From Candidatus Ozemobacteraceae bacterium (GTDB lineage: Bacteria > Muiribacteriota > Ozemobacteria > Ozemobacterales > Ozemobacteraceae): DNA of 64,000 nucleotides. Position 1 is the stretch's first letter, and each line of letters starts with the position of its first letter. The notes below the pieces were generated by a model. That model was not told where the DNA came from and searched no databases. It worked only from the letters and a program-made list of their open reading frames with translations. Location of the stretch: positions 3,360,001-3,424,000 of the forward strand of contig OZ223236.1 of assembly GCA_965140445.1 (NCBI GenBank), read 5' to 3'. This document shows, piece by piece, positions 30,997 through 41,677 of the stretch. The translations under genes and the position numbers were made by a program.

Positions 30997-32196
30997 TCAG
31001 TATTTAAAAGTCTTTAACCCTATTGATAGAGTTTTCAGGTCATTGAATTCTTTTTCTTTGGAAATAGAAGAAAAATCCATTTTCGAAATGATATTCGCTA
31101 TTTTTTTTGCGGTATTACCGGCAAAATATGGATTTTTGCATACCTTCAAAACATTCTGGTATTCCTCTGAGAACACATAGTTGATTCCCTGGCGAAGATT
31201 TTCTCCCAGATAACCAATATCAATAACCGATTGGGCTTTCAATCTGCCAGCTTGCCTTCTACCTATATTAATTACCGGAACGCGCAGTGAAGGGATTTCA
31301 ACAACTCCGCTCGATGAATTACCAATGACAATTTTGGACAGTTTACAAAGAGACAAATATGCGCGTCTTCCGCAGGACTGAATAAAATGAAACCGCTCAG
31401 GGTTTTCCTCGCAGATAATTTTAAGCTTTTGATTGATCTTTGGGCCACCCGGATCAGAATTTGCGCCAGTGAAAAAGATTTGAAAATCAGGCAACTCGGT
31501 TTGAAGAACCCCCACAAGTTTTAAAAGATACGAATATACCTTCCCTGGAGAGCAGGTTTCAGGATGCAAAGTTACAACCACATTTTTTTCTCCTGGTTTA
31601 AACCCTGTAACTTCAAATAGTTCATCGGGACCAAGAAATTCAAAATCTTCCAGATCAGCCAGACCAAGGTCGCCAACATTAAAAACCGCCTCTGATTGTT
31701 CTCCAAGCTGAATAACTCTTTGCCGGTATTCTTCGGTGGCAACAAAATGAATGTCGGCAAGTTTAGTAATGCTATGTCTCAAACAATCATCCAATGCCCC
31801 AGAAGTTAACTCTCCCCCTGAAATATGGCAAAGGGGAATTTGCATCAATCTGGCAATAGAGGCAACCATGAAAATTTCATACCGGTCACCCAGAACAATT
31901 ATTAAATCAGGAGCAAGCTTTTTGATTTCCTCAGGTATTAATCTAAAACCTTGTGACAACTGTTCAAACATATCCGGTTCATAAATGCCTTCTTTTCCTA
32001 ATTGAACCATGGAATCAATTGAAAAGCCTTCACCTAAAATTTCATTTACTGTGTAGCCGGCATTTCTAAATAGATGAGAACCAGTCACCAACAATTGTGG
32101 ATTGATATTGTAACAATTTTGCAATTCCTGAGCCAGGAGTTTCAGGTGCCCCCACTCTGCTCTTGAACCTGTTACTATGCAGATGTTTTTTTTCAT
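30997..32196 (-). CDS. neuC: UDP-GlcNAc 2-epimerase (hydrolysing), NeuC family
   Basis: TGSRAEW, LGDRYE, HISGGE, RHSITKL, GNSSSG. Confidence 0.85.
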   Translation of the reverse strand: MKKNICIVTGSRAEWGHLKLLAQELQNCYNINPQLLVTGSHLFRNAGYTVNEILGEGFSIDSMVQLGKEGIYEPDMFEQLSQGFRLIPEEIKKLAPDLIIVLGDRYEIFMVASIARLMQIPLCHISGGELTSGALDDCLRHSITKLADIHFVATEEYRQRVIQLGEQSEAVFNVGDLGLADLEDFEFLGPDELFEVTGFKPGEKNVVVTLHPETCSPGKVYSYLLKLVGVLQTELPDFQIFFTGANSDPGGPKINQKLKIICEENPERFHFIQSCGRRAYLSLCKLSKIVIGNSSSGVVEIPSLRVPVINIGRRQAGRLKAQSVIDIGYLGENLRQGINYVFSEEYQNVLKVCKNPYFAGNTAKKIANIISKMDFSSISKEKEFNDLKTLSIGLKTFKY

Positions 32197-32292
32197 AGTC
32201 TTTCTATAAGCAGCTTCTATCAGAATTCACTAATTTTTCATGTGCATTTTGCCGATAATAATAATGGAATTAATAATGCAGGAGGTAAATTT

Positions 32293-32442
32293 ATGTGTGC
32301 ACAAGAATTAGTTGCTCTGTTCAGGTTTTCAGGTAATACCTGCCCGTCATGCAAACGCATTGTAAGTAGGTATGAGAAAACTTTAATTCTGTCAGATGAT
32401 GATATAGAACACCTCCAGGTCTGTGTTTTAAAACCGATGTAA
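32293..32442 (+). CDS. Small 49-aa CxxC protein
   Basis: GGAGG RBS 7 nt before ATG 32293; CPSC motif. Confidence 0.5.
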   Translation: MCAQELVALFRFSGNTCPSCKRIVSRYEKTLILSDDDIEHLQVCVLKPM

Positions 32443-32572
32443 TCAGTTTATTAAACGTTTTCCTGCTTTTTTTTAATCAGAAAAACTTTAAAACAAAATA
32501 AATCTTAGGGTTGGTTCCGCTCTTCATATCATACCAGAGTTTTCTGGATTGAGCAGAATCAACCCTTATTAG

Positions 32573-33955
32573 TTATATTTTTGGAAAACTAAACTGACTG
32601 CGCTTAATAAATTTTCCATAGCCCTTTTCTCCAAGCCATTTGTTGTCCTGGACAAGAATTCTTCCTCTGGCTATAGTGATTTCATTCCATCCCTTACCTA
32701 ACACCCCTTCAAACACTGAATAGTCTGAATTCATATGCAGATCATCATTGCAAACCAAGTGTTCTTTCTGGGGATTGAAAACCATAATGTCCGCATCTGT
32801 CCCAGGAATTAAGCTCCCTTTTTCGGGGTACATGCCAAAAATTCTTGCTGGATTTTCTGTTATAGACTTAATTGCACTTGCAATATTCACCTGATTGGCC
32901 TCTGCTCCCCATAAAACAAGAGCTGGAAGAGTTTCAATACCGCCCAATCCCATTGGCAATTCTGTAATCTTGTTATTCCATAAGTCCTTATTGGCTTTGG
33001 TAAACGGGCAATGGTCAGTAGCCATAACTGAAATATCTGCTGAATCTAAATTTTTCCATAGTCCTTGCTGTTGTTCTTTTTCACGGATTGGCGGACAACA
33101 ACCAAAATAATGTCCATTTTCTTCTCTAAATTTAGTATTGTCCAGATAAAGATATTGTGGACAGCTTTCACCAAATATTCTGGTTCCTCTGGACCGCTCT
33201 GCTCTTATTACATCTGCACCTTCACCGCTGGAGACATGAACTACATATACAGGGCAAGCTGTGGCACGTGATAAGTCTGCAATTCTTCTAATTGCCTCAA
33301 CCTCTGTAAAAACGGGTCTGGTTTCAGGAAGCATTTCTATGCCTAGTTTGCCACTTAACTCTGCTTTTTCTGTTAGAGAATCAATAATCGCACCATTTTC
33401 AGCATGAACCGTAAGAAGAATATCGTGAAGTTTACATAACTTCATGATTTCGAGCAGATTTTCATCAGACTGCATCATTCCGGCTTTTCCATAAGCCATA
33501 AACACTTTTAAACTTGGTATCCCGGAATCCGGTAACCAGGCGAAATCATCCTTAACTTCCTTAGAAAACCGGCCTATGCAGGAATGAAAAGAAAAGTCCA
33601 CGCAGGCATTTCCCTGAGCCTCATTTAATCTTCTTTCAAAGCTGGCTTTAAGACCTTCTTCACCTTTTTGTGCAGTAAAATCAATAATTGAAGTTACTCC
33701 TCCAAAAGCGCCTGCACGTGTACCTGAGAAAAAATCGTCCGCAGAAATTGCCCCTGCAAAAGGAAGAGAGAAATGCGTGTGAACATCTATCGCGCCAGGT
33801 AACACCCATTTCCCAGAGCAATCTATTTCATTTTTTCCGCTTAGATCTTTACCAATAGCAGCGATCTTTTCACCCGTAACTGCAAGATCACCATTAAAAA
33901 ACTCGTGTCCAAAAAAGATTGAGCCATTTTTTAATACTAAATCAAACATTTTCAT
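32573..33955 (-). CDS. hydA: Dihydropyrimidinase / D-hydantoinase
   Basis: DVHTH, KVFMAY, VHAEN, VVHVSS, ATDHCPF. Confidence 0.9.
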   Translation of the reverse strand: MKMFDLVLKNGSIFFGHEFFNGDLAVTGEKIAAIGKDLSGKNEIDCSGKWVLPGAIDVHTHFSLPFAGAISADDFFSGTRAGAFGGVTSIIDFTAQKGEEGLKASFERRLNEAQGNACVDFSFHSCIGRFSKEVKDDFAWLPDSGIPSLKVFMAYGKAGMMQSDENLLEIMKLCKLHDILLTVHAENGAIIDSLTEKAELSGKLGIEMLPETRPVFTEVEAIRRIADLSRATACPVYVVHVSSGEGADVIRAERSRGTRIFGESCPQYLYLDNTKFREENGHYFGCCPPIREKEQQQGLWKNLDSADISVMATDHCPFTKANKDLWNNKITELPMGLGGIETLPALVLWGAEANQVNIASAIKSITENPARIFGMYPEKGSLIPGTDADIMVFNPQKEHLVCNDDLHMNSDYSVFEGVLGKGWNEITIARGRILVQDNKWLGEKGYGKFIKRSQFSFPKI

Positions 33956-34037
33956 TCCCTTTTTACTTTAATAATTTAAAATTATAAGATTTCTGCCGAA
34001 ATTGAAACCGAGAATTGCAGAAAGTGAGGAAGGAATT

Positions 34038-34211
34038 TTGAATTTTAATTCAATTTTAACTGGTTTTATTTCGGGGGCCGTTTGCGGAGCTATTTTGCTA
34101 ATCGGAAGCTGGGCGTTCTTTATTCGGAAAATTCCCGGTCTTTTGCGAACCGAAATAGTAAAGGATTTATCCCATTATGGAAGAGATCCCAGAAGTAGGT
34201 TCATAAAATAA
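34038..34211 (+). CDS. Small single-TM protein
   Basis: GAGGAAGGA RBS before TTG 34038, one hydrophobic segment, followed by a terminator. Confidence 0.4.
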   Translation: MNFNSILTGFISGAVCGAILLIGSWAFFIRKIPGLLRTEIVKDLSHYGRDPRSRFIK

Positions 34212-34222
34212 CCATATTTTTT

Positions 34223-34251
34223 AAAGAAAAGCCCAAATGGGCTTTTTTTTT
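34223..34251 (+). terminator. Intrinsic terminator
   Basis: AAAAGCCC-AAAT-GGGCTTTT plus long T run. Confidence 0.65.
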
Positions 34252-34291
34252 ATTTTCAAAATTGAAAAATGTATGTAGGATATGCTTTGAA

Positions 34292-35716
34292 ATGTCTGAC
34301 AATAACGAACAAAAACGAAATGAAGCCAAAGGCCGGATCTTTAATTTCTTTAAAAATAAAGAAATTAAGCAGGGTATTGCTTTGTTTCATAAAGTTTTCA
34401 ATGAAAAAGAACCGCCTGAAGTAGAGTTTCTTAAAAGGGTTTATACCGAGCTCAACAGGCTTGAAAATACTGAACTGGGATTTCGACTGATTGAAGAGGT
34501 TTCTCCATGGTTCCCTTTAGATGGAGACATGAAAGAGCTTCGTGCCACATCCCGAAAAATATTTTTCGATTATTTGCTCGCTAAAGGAAACCAAAGCCTT
34601 AATAAAAGAGAAGAGAAGGCTGTTAAATTTGAAGAAAGTTTAAAGCGAACCGATTCCTTAGCCAGAGACAGAGTAAAATCCGAAAACGAAAAAATACTAA
34701 CAAACCTGGGTAAAAATGCGCTGGCAGTTTTTCAACAGGCCTATGAGTTAAATCCAGACAGTATCGGTGCTTTAACTGGTTTATTAAGATGTTACAGAAT
34801 ACTAAATGATGTTGCAAAAATTGAGGAAATATCCAAAATCCTCGAAGACAAATCCCCATTTCTTAAAAAAGGCGCTTCTCATTTCATAGAAGAAGTTGCA
34901 AGTCTCCAGATTGCTGAACAAAGAGAGTTTGACATTGAAGAATTTAATATTCTTGAAGTGCAAAAGCTCTATGAATCAAAGCATTATAGCGATGTTATTA
35001 AACGAGTTGATGAGCTTCATCTTTCTCACAAGGTAAGTGTACCCCTGCTGATTCTAAAAGCTGATTCTCTTGTCGAACTAAGAAGGTTCAATGAATCAGA
35101 CCTGGTAGTTAAAGAGGCGGATCGTGAAAATTCCCATCTTAAAGAAGTTAATGAACTTAAAATGCAAATCAGAGAAGTTAAGTTCAGATTACTCTCTAAA
35201 GCAGGGAAAGTTTATCTTACCAAAGGCCTGGAATTAGGTAAAAGTCTGGGCAAAAGACATTTCAAGAAAGCTAGAAAATGCGTGAGAAGAGCTTTGGATT
35301 TGTTTCCAGAGAATATAGATCTTCTGGACCAGTTGTATACAATTTACATTTATCTCGACGAAGACGAAGAAGCTTTTAGAATTAAAGCCCAGATATATAA
35401 ACAAAATCCAAGATTTATTCCTACTTTTGATAAGGAGGGGGAATCTTCCTTTTGTTTTTTCGCCACATATCTGTATTTTGAAACCCCTTCTGACCTGGAG
35501 ATTTTCCGTTGGTTTAGAAGAGAAATCCTGCTACCATGGGAATTCGGTAAATTACTAAACCGACTTTATGTAAAAATTTCACCAAATATAGTAAACTTAT
35601 TTAAGAGGGCAAAAGTCCCTAAAGCTCTTTTAAGATTTGCTTTTTGCCCTGTAAAAACAGGCATTGGTATAATTAAACTATTTTTGGATAAGGTGCATAT
35701 TAATGAAACTGAGTAG
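34292..35716 (+). CDS. TPR protein with C-terminal CFI-box-CTERM-like domain
   Basis: TPR-like helices (AYELNPD, ALDLFPEN); C-terminal CFFATYLY...FRWFRREIL...GK...LY.KISP. Confidence 0.7.
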   Translation: MSDNNEQKRNEAKGRIFNFFKNKEIKQGIALFHKVFNEKEPPEVEFLKRVYTELNRLENTELGFRLIEEVSPWFPLDGDMKELRATSRKIFFDYLLAKGNQSLNKREEKAVKFEESLKRTDSLARDRVKSENEKILTNLGKNALAVFQQAYELNPDSIGALTGLLRCYRILNDVAKIEEISKILEDKSPFLKKGASHFIEEVASLQIAEQREFDIEEFNILEVQKLYESKHYSDVIKRVDELHLSHKVSVPLLILKADSLVELRRFNESDLVVKEADRENSHLKEVNELKMQIREVKFRLLSKAGKVYLTKGLELGKSLGKRHFKKARKCVRRALDLFPENIDLLDQLYTIYIYLDEDEEAFRIKAQIYKQNPRFIPTFDKEGESSFCFFATYLYFETPSDLEIFRWFRREILLPWEFGKLLNRLYVKISPNIVNLFKRAKVPKALLRFAFCPVKTGIGIIKLFLDKVHINETE

Positions 35717-36935
35717 AATCTTTCTTCTATCAATAGTCTACCTCTTTGTAGTTACTTCTCTTTCTTTTGCAGTAGAAGTTGACCAGGAACTATTAAGAGT
35801 AGGAATTGCTCATAAAACAGATATTTCTACGATTAGACTGCAAAGTTTCAGTGGAAACTGGACATTAAAGCTTTTTCCAAAACCAGCTTCTGGTAGCAAG
35901 GAGATTCCCCCCCCTGAAAAAGAAATTGTAATAGAGGGTGAAGACATTTCACTTATGGTTGTTCCTAAAGGAATTGTCTGTAAAACCTCTACAGGAAAAG
36001 ATGTGGATACTGGCTATGAAAAAATAGTTATCAGCGGCGGCGAAATTGTCAATCTTGAGGTTCCTAATCAAGCACCGATTCTCTTTCTTGGTGAATTAGA
36101 AATTTCTTTAAATGAACAGTTCCTCAAAATAGTTAATATTATTAAGTTTCATCAGTTTCTGGTTTCTTCGGTTTCCAAGTTTGCTACTTGCACAGAACCA
36201 GAAGCTATTAAAGCTTTTATAATTATGGCAAGAACCAGATTAATGTATTTAAAGGCTAATAAGCCACATCCAAAAGAAAACTTTGATGTGTGCGATGAAG
36301 AACACTGTCTTCCTTTTAATGGCGCAAGCTTTAATAGGGAGTTGATAGATATTCTAGTTGGAATGGTTAAAAATAAGCACCTTTTATATAAGAATAAACT
36401 GTTTTTCCCACGTTACCAGGAGTGTTGCGGAGGTAAAATTTCTTCAGGAAAAGAAATCTTCGATGAAAATGAGCCGTATCACGTTGATAAAATAGACAGA
36501 TTAGAGGATGAAGGATCAGAAAATTGTTTCCATAGTCCCGGATTTCATTGGTCCATCGAATTATCTAAAAAAAGTATTTTAGAATTTCTTTCTGTGACTT
36601 ATGCAGGTGGAGCGGATAGACTTTTATCCGGCTGGGAACCCGTTAAAGTTGATAGAAACGGAAGAATCTCACAGGTTCTTCTGAGAGGAAGGCGACCAAA
36701 GAAAATTTCCGGGGTCAAGTTTCTTCAGGACACACAAGCATACTTCGGACCAAACGCCATCAAAAGTATGAAATTTAATATGGACATCCTTCGCCGCTCA
36801 GTAATTTTCAGAGGAATGGGTCAGGGTGAAGGCGTTGGAATGTGCATTTATGGTGCGGATGGTATGGCAAAAAAAGCCATTAAATTCAAAAAGATCCTGG
36901 AATTTTATTATCCAGGAACTTCTTTAAAAAACTAA
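35703..36935 (+). CDS. SpoIID/LytB domain exported protein
   Basis: Signal peptide, EAIKA..MART, FDVCD..HC, CCGG, GQGEGVGMCIYGA..MA...ILEFYYPG. Confidence 0.8.
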   Translation: MKLSRIFLLSIVYLFVVTSLSFAVEVDQELLRVGIAHKTDISTIRLQSFSGNWTLKLFPKPASGSKEIPPPEKEIVIEGEDISLMVVPKGIVCKTSTGKDVDTGYEKIVISGGEIVNLEVPNQAPILFLGELEISLNEQFLKIVNIIKFHQFLVSSVSKFATCTEPEAIKAFIIMARTRLMYLKANKPHPKENFDVCDEEHCLPFNGASFNRELIDILVGMVKNKHLLYKNKLFFPRYQECCGGKISSGKEIFDENEPYHVDKIDRLEDEGSENCFHSPGFHWSIELSKKSILEFLSVTYAGGADRLLSGWEPVKVDRNGRISQVLLRGRRPKKISGVKFLQDTQAYFGPNAIKSMKFNMDILRRSVIFRGMGQGEGVGMCIYGADGMAKKAIKFKKILEFYYPGTSLKN

Positions 36936-37133
36936 AACAGTGCTCTTGAAAGAGCTCTGAAATTATTCCATAGTTATTTCGCAAGAAAGAAATATAGTTA
37001 GAACCGTAGCAAGAAAAAGTGGCAAAGTTCCCATATTATTTCCTCCAATTTATTGGTTTATATTCTTTATATCGGCAAAGCAATTAACTTAACTGAATAA
37101 TTTAGATAAAAAATTTCAGTTCAGGAGAAATTA

Positions 37134-37451
37134 ATGAACAATTTTATAATGGTATTTTCAAGCTTTCCAACTTCAGACATTGCAAATAAAATAGCAAAAA
37201 CACTGGTACAGGAGAAACTCGCGGCCTGCGTTAATATTCTGCCTGGTGTGCAATCCATATTTTTCTGGGAAAATGAGTTAAATGAAGCTAACGAATCCCT
37301 CATTCTTATTAAAACCAAGTCTTCTAATTATGAGGAATTGGAAAAAAGAATACTTGAACTTCATCCATACGCCTGCCCTGAAGTTATTGGAGTAAACTTG
37401 GAAGCAGGTAGCTCCAAATTTTTAAATTGGATTGAACAGGTAACCAAATAA
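37134..37451 (+). CDS. cutA: Divalent cation tolerance protein CutA
   Basis: LVQEKLAACVNI...FWE...HPYACPE. Confidence 0.92.
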   Translation: MNNFIMVFSSFPTSDIANKIAKTLVQEKLAACVNILPGVQSIFFWENELNEANESLILIKTKSSNYEELEKRILELHPYACPEVIGVNLEAGSSKFLNWIEQVTK

Positions 37452-39424
37452 TGGTTAAAACCTTCTTTTTACGCCCATCAGAAACTCAATGTAATTTTGA
37501 AATCGAATATGAAAAATTACTGAATAAAGAGCAGCTGGAGGCTGTGAAAAATTTCCATGGGCCAATGCTATGCATTGCAGGCGCTGGATCGGGAAAAACG
37601 CGAACGCTTATTTATCGCGTTGCAAGAATGATTGAATCAGGAATTGATCCGGAAAGCATTTTACTCCTTACTTTTACACGAAAAGCCGCTAAGGGAATGC
37701 TTAACAAAGTGGCGGCATTGATTGGTGAAAAAGGGCAAAAAGTAGCCGGTGGAACATATCATTCTTTTGCCAATCAGATATTGCGTAGATATGGCCATTT
37801 CATTGGCTTGCCAGCTTCTTTTTCCATCATGGACGAAGCTGACTCCTGTGATGTTATTAACTTTATAAGAGCCGAACTTGAGCTAAATAAGAAAGAAACA
37901 AGGTTTCCAAAGAAAAAGACCATATTCCAGATTTATTCGAAAGCCATAAACCTTGAATTATCGGTTCAAAATGTCATAGAGGAGTTTTACTCGCATTTTG
38001 TGGATCATACTGACGATATTAAAAAGATCATTCAACGCTACTCGGATTACAAAAAAGAAAATTTCCTTGTCGATTATGATGATTTATTAGTTTTATTGCA
38101 TCAGCTTTTAACTACCATACCTGAAGCTAAAGAAAGAATCTGCTCAAAATATAAATACATAATGGCGGATGAATACCAGGATACCAACGGACTCCAGGCA
38201 AAAATCACTTTTGAACTTGGCGGTGAAAAGAAAAACATCATGGTAGTTGGAGATGATTCGCAGAGTATTTATTCTTTCAGAGGTGCCAGAGTAAAAAACA
38301 TTTTGGAGTTTCCCGAAAATTTTGCTAACTGCACAGTAATAAAACTTGAAAGAAACTATAGAAGTGTAAATACAATTTTGACTTCTGCAAATTCATTAAT
38401 GAAAAAAGCCCGGGAAGGTTATGAAAAGAATCTTTTCACCACCAAAGAAGGGGGCGAAAAGCCAGGAAAAGTTAGATGCGAAGATGATCAAGAACAGGCA
38501 ATGCTTATCGCATCCAGAATTTTAGATTTGCGGGAAGAAGGAATTCCTCTAAATGAAATTGCCGTCCTTTTCAGGTCAGGGTTTCATTCTTTTCAGCTCG
38601 AACTGGAGTTAAAACGACGCAACATACCCTTTGTAAAATGGGGAGGTTACAAATTTCTTGAATCAACCCATTTAAAGGATATTCTTGCCCATTTGAGGAT
38701 TTTTCAAAATCCCTACGATCAGGTTTCATGGCTTAGAGTTCTCCTCTTGATAGAAGGCATAGGAACACAGACCGCAACAGGCTTGTTTAAAAAGATTAAG
38801 GAAGTAGAAAATCCGTTTGATCTTGAGAAACTCGACCTTCCACCCAAATTAAAGGATAGATTGAAAAATCTGACCGGCTTGTTAAAAAGTTTGTCAAAAA
38901 TAGAAAGCCCCCCACCCTCAAGGTGTCTTGATCTGATAACCGAGTATTATTTTCCAATTTTAAAAAAGAATCACGATAATTATCCCAAAAGATTAAAAGA
39001 TATCGACCAACTTGCTATCATTGCCGGTAAATTTAATAGTCTGGCTGAATTTTTGTCCGAGTTAAGCCTTGAGCCACCTAGAGATTCCGTTGATGGGGTG
39101 TTAACAGCTAAAGATCAAAACGATGACGAATCGATGGTTCTTTCAACTATTCATTCTTCAAAAGGTCTTGAATGGCATTCGGTTTTTATAATTTGGGCTC
39201 TGGAAGGAAGATTTCCGTCGTTTGCGGCCATGGGTTCAGATCAGGAGCTTGAAGAGGAGCGGCGCCTAATGTATGTGGCTATGACGAGGGCAAAAGAAAA
39301 TCTGCTGATCACTTATCCCGGAAGCTTTTTCGATCCAATTTCAAGTGGCCTTTTATCAAGACCTTCAAGATTTCTTGAGGAAATTGGCGAAGAAAACTTG
39401 GAAAAATGGGAAATCTCCAGATAA
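37451..39424 (+). CDS. UvrD/Rep/PcrA family SF1 DNA helicase
   Basis: AGAGSGKT, DEYQD, VGDDSQSIYSFRGA, NYRS, TIHSSKGLEW, EERRLMYVAMTRA. Confidence 0.92.
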   Translation: MVKTFFLRPSETQCNFEIEYEKLLNKEQLEAVKNFHGPMLCIAGAGSGKTRTLIYRVARMIESGIDPESILLLTFTRKAAKGMLNKVAALIGEKGQKVAGGTYHSFANQILRRYGHFIGLPASFSIMDEADSCDVINFIRAELELNKKETRFPKKKTIFQIYSKAINLELSVQNVIEEFYSHFVDHTDDIKKIIQRYSDYKKENFLVDYDDLLVLLHQLLTTIPEAKERICSKYKYIMADEYQDTNGLQAKITFELGGEKKNIMVVGDDSQSIYSFRGARVKNILEFPENFANCTVIKLERNYRSVNTILTSANSLMKKAREGYEKNLFTTKEGGEKPGKVRCEDDQEQAMLIASRILDLREEGIPLNEIAVLFRSGFHSFQLELELKRRNIPFVKWGGYKFLESTHLKDILAHLRIFQNPYDQVSWLRVLLLIEGIGTQTATGLFKKIKEVENPFDLEKLDLPPKLKDRLKNLTGLLKSLSKIESPPPSRCLDLITEYYFPILKKNHDNYPKRLKDIDQLAIIAGKFNSLAEFLSELSLEPPRDSVDGVLTAKDQNDDESMVLSTIHSSKGLEWHSVFIIWALEGRFPSFAAMGSDQELEEERRLMYVAMTRAKENLLITYPGSFFDPISSGLLSRPSRFLEEIGEENLEKWEISR

Positions 39425-39592
39425 GTTATTTTTTTTAAATACGGATTTTCTTCAAAGAATGTGGAGGTTGGCTTCTCTTAACTCTTTTTAAAAGGCTTTT
39501 AGGCTATTTCTTGCCTTGACATGGGGATTCAATTTTTGTTAGATTGCCCGTCAATAAACTTCGCTCAAAGAAATAGTATGGAGGCACCCATA

Positions 39593-41677
39593 GTGGTCCG
39601 AAACCTTTCCATTGTAGCAGTCTTAATGACATTAATTCTTGTAGGTCTTGTTATGCACGACCACTTCAGCATTCCAAGCAAAAACCTCGTTATCTACTAT
39701 ACCTCCAATTTAAGAGGCCAGATCCAACCCTTTTCTGGAACAGTATTAGACAGGTATTATGAAAAAGCTGGTGGACTGGCTTTTATAAAAGGCTTTATAG
39801 AAGAAAGTTCTAAAAAGTTTAACTTTAAAGCCGAAAATACAATTCTGCTTGATACTGGTGATGCCTTGTTTGGATCTGCTGAAGCTTCTTTAACAATGGG
39901 CGAAGTTCCGCTGTCTCTAATGGGAAAAGCTTCCTATGACGCCATGGCCATCGGAAACATGGAATTTGAATTTGGATTTGACAGGTTAAAATATTTCATT
40001 CGAAAAAAAGAAGTTCCCATGCTGGCATGTAATTACAGAGAAGTTACAGCAGCAGTTGGACAAACTTTTACGCCGGGAATTATTATAGAAAAAGCTGGAA
40101 CAAAAATTGGAATCGTAGGCGCGGGTCATGGCGATTTAGCCCGAAATACCCGACAGGATAATATTGTTAACGTTGAAGTTTCTGATATTTTTGCATCGGT
40201 AACTAAAACGGCGGCTCTCTTAAAGGCCAAAGGTGCAGAGCTAATTATTCTTGTATCCCATCATCCAGAGCTTGATTCATATAAGAACCTAAAAGAAACT
40301 TTCCCTGATATAGATATAATTATTGGGGATCTGATTGGTCCTTATCAATCAACAACAGGATTACCAATGATTTGCCAGACGGCACCAAATCGTGGCGGTG
40401 GCGTTGGTATGATAAAGATCCCTTATGTCGGTGGCAAGTGGGATATAGCAAAAGGTTTTCAAAGGATTTTCGCCATTGATGCAAGTGTAACCAAGCCTGA
40501 CAAGGACCTTGTCCAGGAAATCAGCCGCGTTGAATCCAAAATCGACACTTTACTTGAAGAAGTTATTACCCAAAGCAAGGGAAATTTTCAGCGATCATAC
40601 AACGATGAGTCTTCTCTGGGAAATTTGATTGCCGACAGTATCAGAGATATTACCGGTGCTGATATCGCTTTTCAAAATTCAGGGGGAATCAAAGCGGTTC
40701 TTTCCGAAGGGGCCGTTTCTCTTAGAAATCTGTTTGATATGCTGCCATTTGAAAATACTATTGTAACAGTAACCTTAAAAGGCTGGCAGGTGGAAAACCT
40801 TGTTGAAGAAAGTCTTTCAGGAAAATCAGGCTTTTTGCAAGCTTCTGGTATAAACTGCACTTATTCCAGCTCCAACCCTATTGGGTTCAGAGTTATTCAA
40901 ATTGATGTTGGCGAAGACCCACTTGAATTTGATAAAGAATACTCGGTGGCTATAAACGATTTTATGCGAAGCAACGACATGGATTGGCCAGAATTTCAAA
41001 ATTCCACCAATGAAAAGATTCATGGTCTGCTGCGTGAAAGCCTTGAGAAATACCTTAGAAAAAAACCTTTTATTGAACCAATTCTTACCAAGAGATTTGT
41101 TGATTTTGAGGAAATGGATGAGACTCTCAGGGTTCAGGCATTATCTTTTGAATTAGCCAGTCTTACTTCTCCAGTTGTGCATGATGGCACTTCCGATTCG
41201 GAATATGGAAGACTTGTTTGTGATGTTATCAAGTCAGAAACAAAAGCTGATTTCAGTTTGATTCCTGTTTCTCTATTGATAAGAAATCGTGAACCATTGT
41301 CAGCTGTTACCCCTGGAAGAGTTCTTTCTGATTTTGCCACCAATGAGGGAGTAAAGGTTTTGCAGATTACCGGAAAAACTCTGGAAAGAATAATTGCAGC
41401 CTCAATTTCTTCGGCAACAACCCCACTCTGCTTTGCAGGATTTTCTATAGAGCTACAGGAAGGCGGAAAATTTAAGATTTTCCCATGGGAAGGGAACTTT
41501 GATGAAAATAACATTTACAAAGTTGCAATAAACGAAAAATTCCCAACCAGGCATGAAAACTTCTATGATTTCACAGAAAATAAGATGACAAAGTTTTCCA
41601 GTGATATCAGAAGAACTTTTATAAATGGTCTGCGAAAAACCAATGGAAAGGTAGATCTAAAGCGTGCCATTTATTAA
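39593..41677 (+). CDS. Membrane-anchored 5'-nucleotidase-like protein (metallophosphoesterase plus two C-terminal domains) with degenerate active site
   Basis: GGAGG RBS before GTG 39593; N-terminal TM; YTSNLRG, DTGD, GNMEF; ESSLGNLIAD..NSGGIK..LPFEN, then a second C-domain-like repeat. Confidence 0.8.
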   Translation: MVRNLSIVAVLMTLILVGLVMHDHFSIPSKNLVIYYTSNLRGQIQPFSGTVLDRYYEKAGGLAFIKGFIEESSKKFNFKAENTILLDTGDALFGSAEASLTMGEVPLSLMGKASYDAMAIGNMEFEFGFDRLKYFIRKKEVPMLACNYREVTAAVGQTFTPGIIIEKAGTKIGIVGAGHGDLARNTRQDNIVNVEVSDIFASVTKTAALLKAKGAELIILVSHHPELDSYKNLKETFPDIDIIIGDLIGPYQSTTGLPMICQTAPNRGGGVGMIKIPYVGGKWDIAKGFQRIFAIDASVTKPDKDLVQEISRVESKIDTLLEEVITQSKGNFQRSYNDESSLGNLIADSIRDITGADIAFQNSGGIKAVLSEGAVSLRNLFDMLPFENTIVTVTLKGWQVENLVEESLSGKSGFLQASGINCTYSSSNPIGFRVIQIDVGEDPLEFDKEYSVAINDFMRSNDMDWPEFQNSTNEKIHGLLRESLEKYLRKKPFIEPILTKRFVDFEEMDETLRVQALSFELASLTSPVVHDGTSDSEYGRLVCDVIKSETKADFSLIPVSLLIRNREPLSAVTPGRVLSDFATNEGVKVLQITGKTLERIIAASISSATTPLCFAGFSIELQEGGKFKIFPWEGNFDENNIYKVAINEKFPTRHENFYDFTENKMTKFSSDIRRTFINGLRKTNGKVDLKRAIY

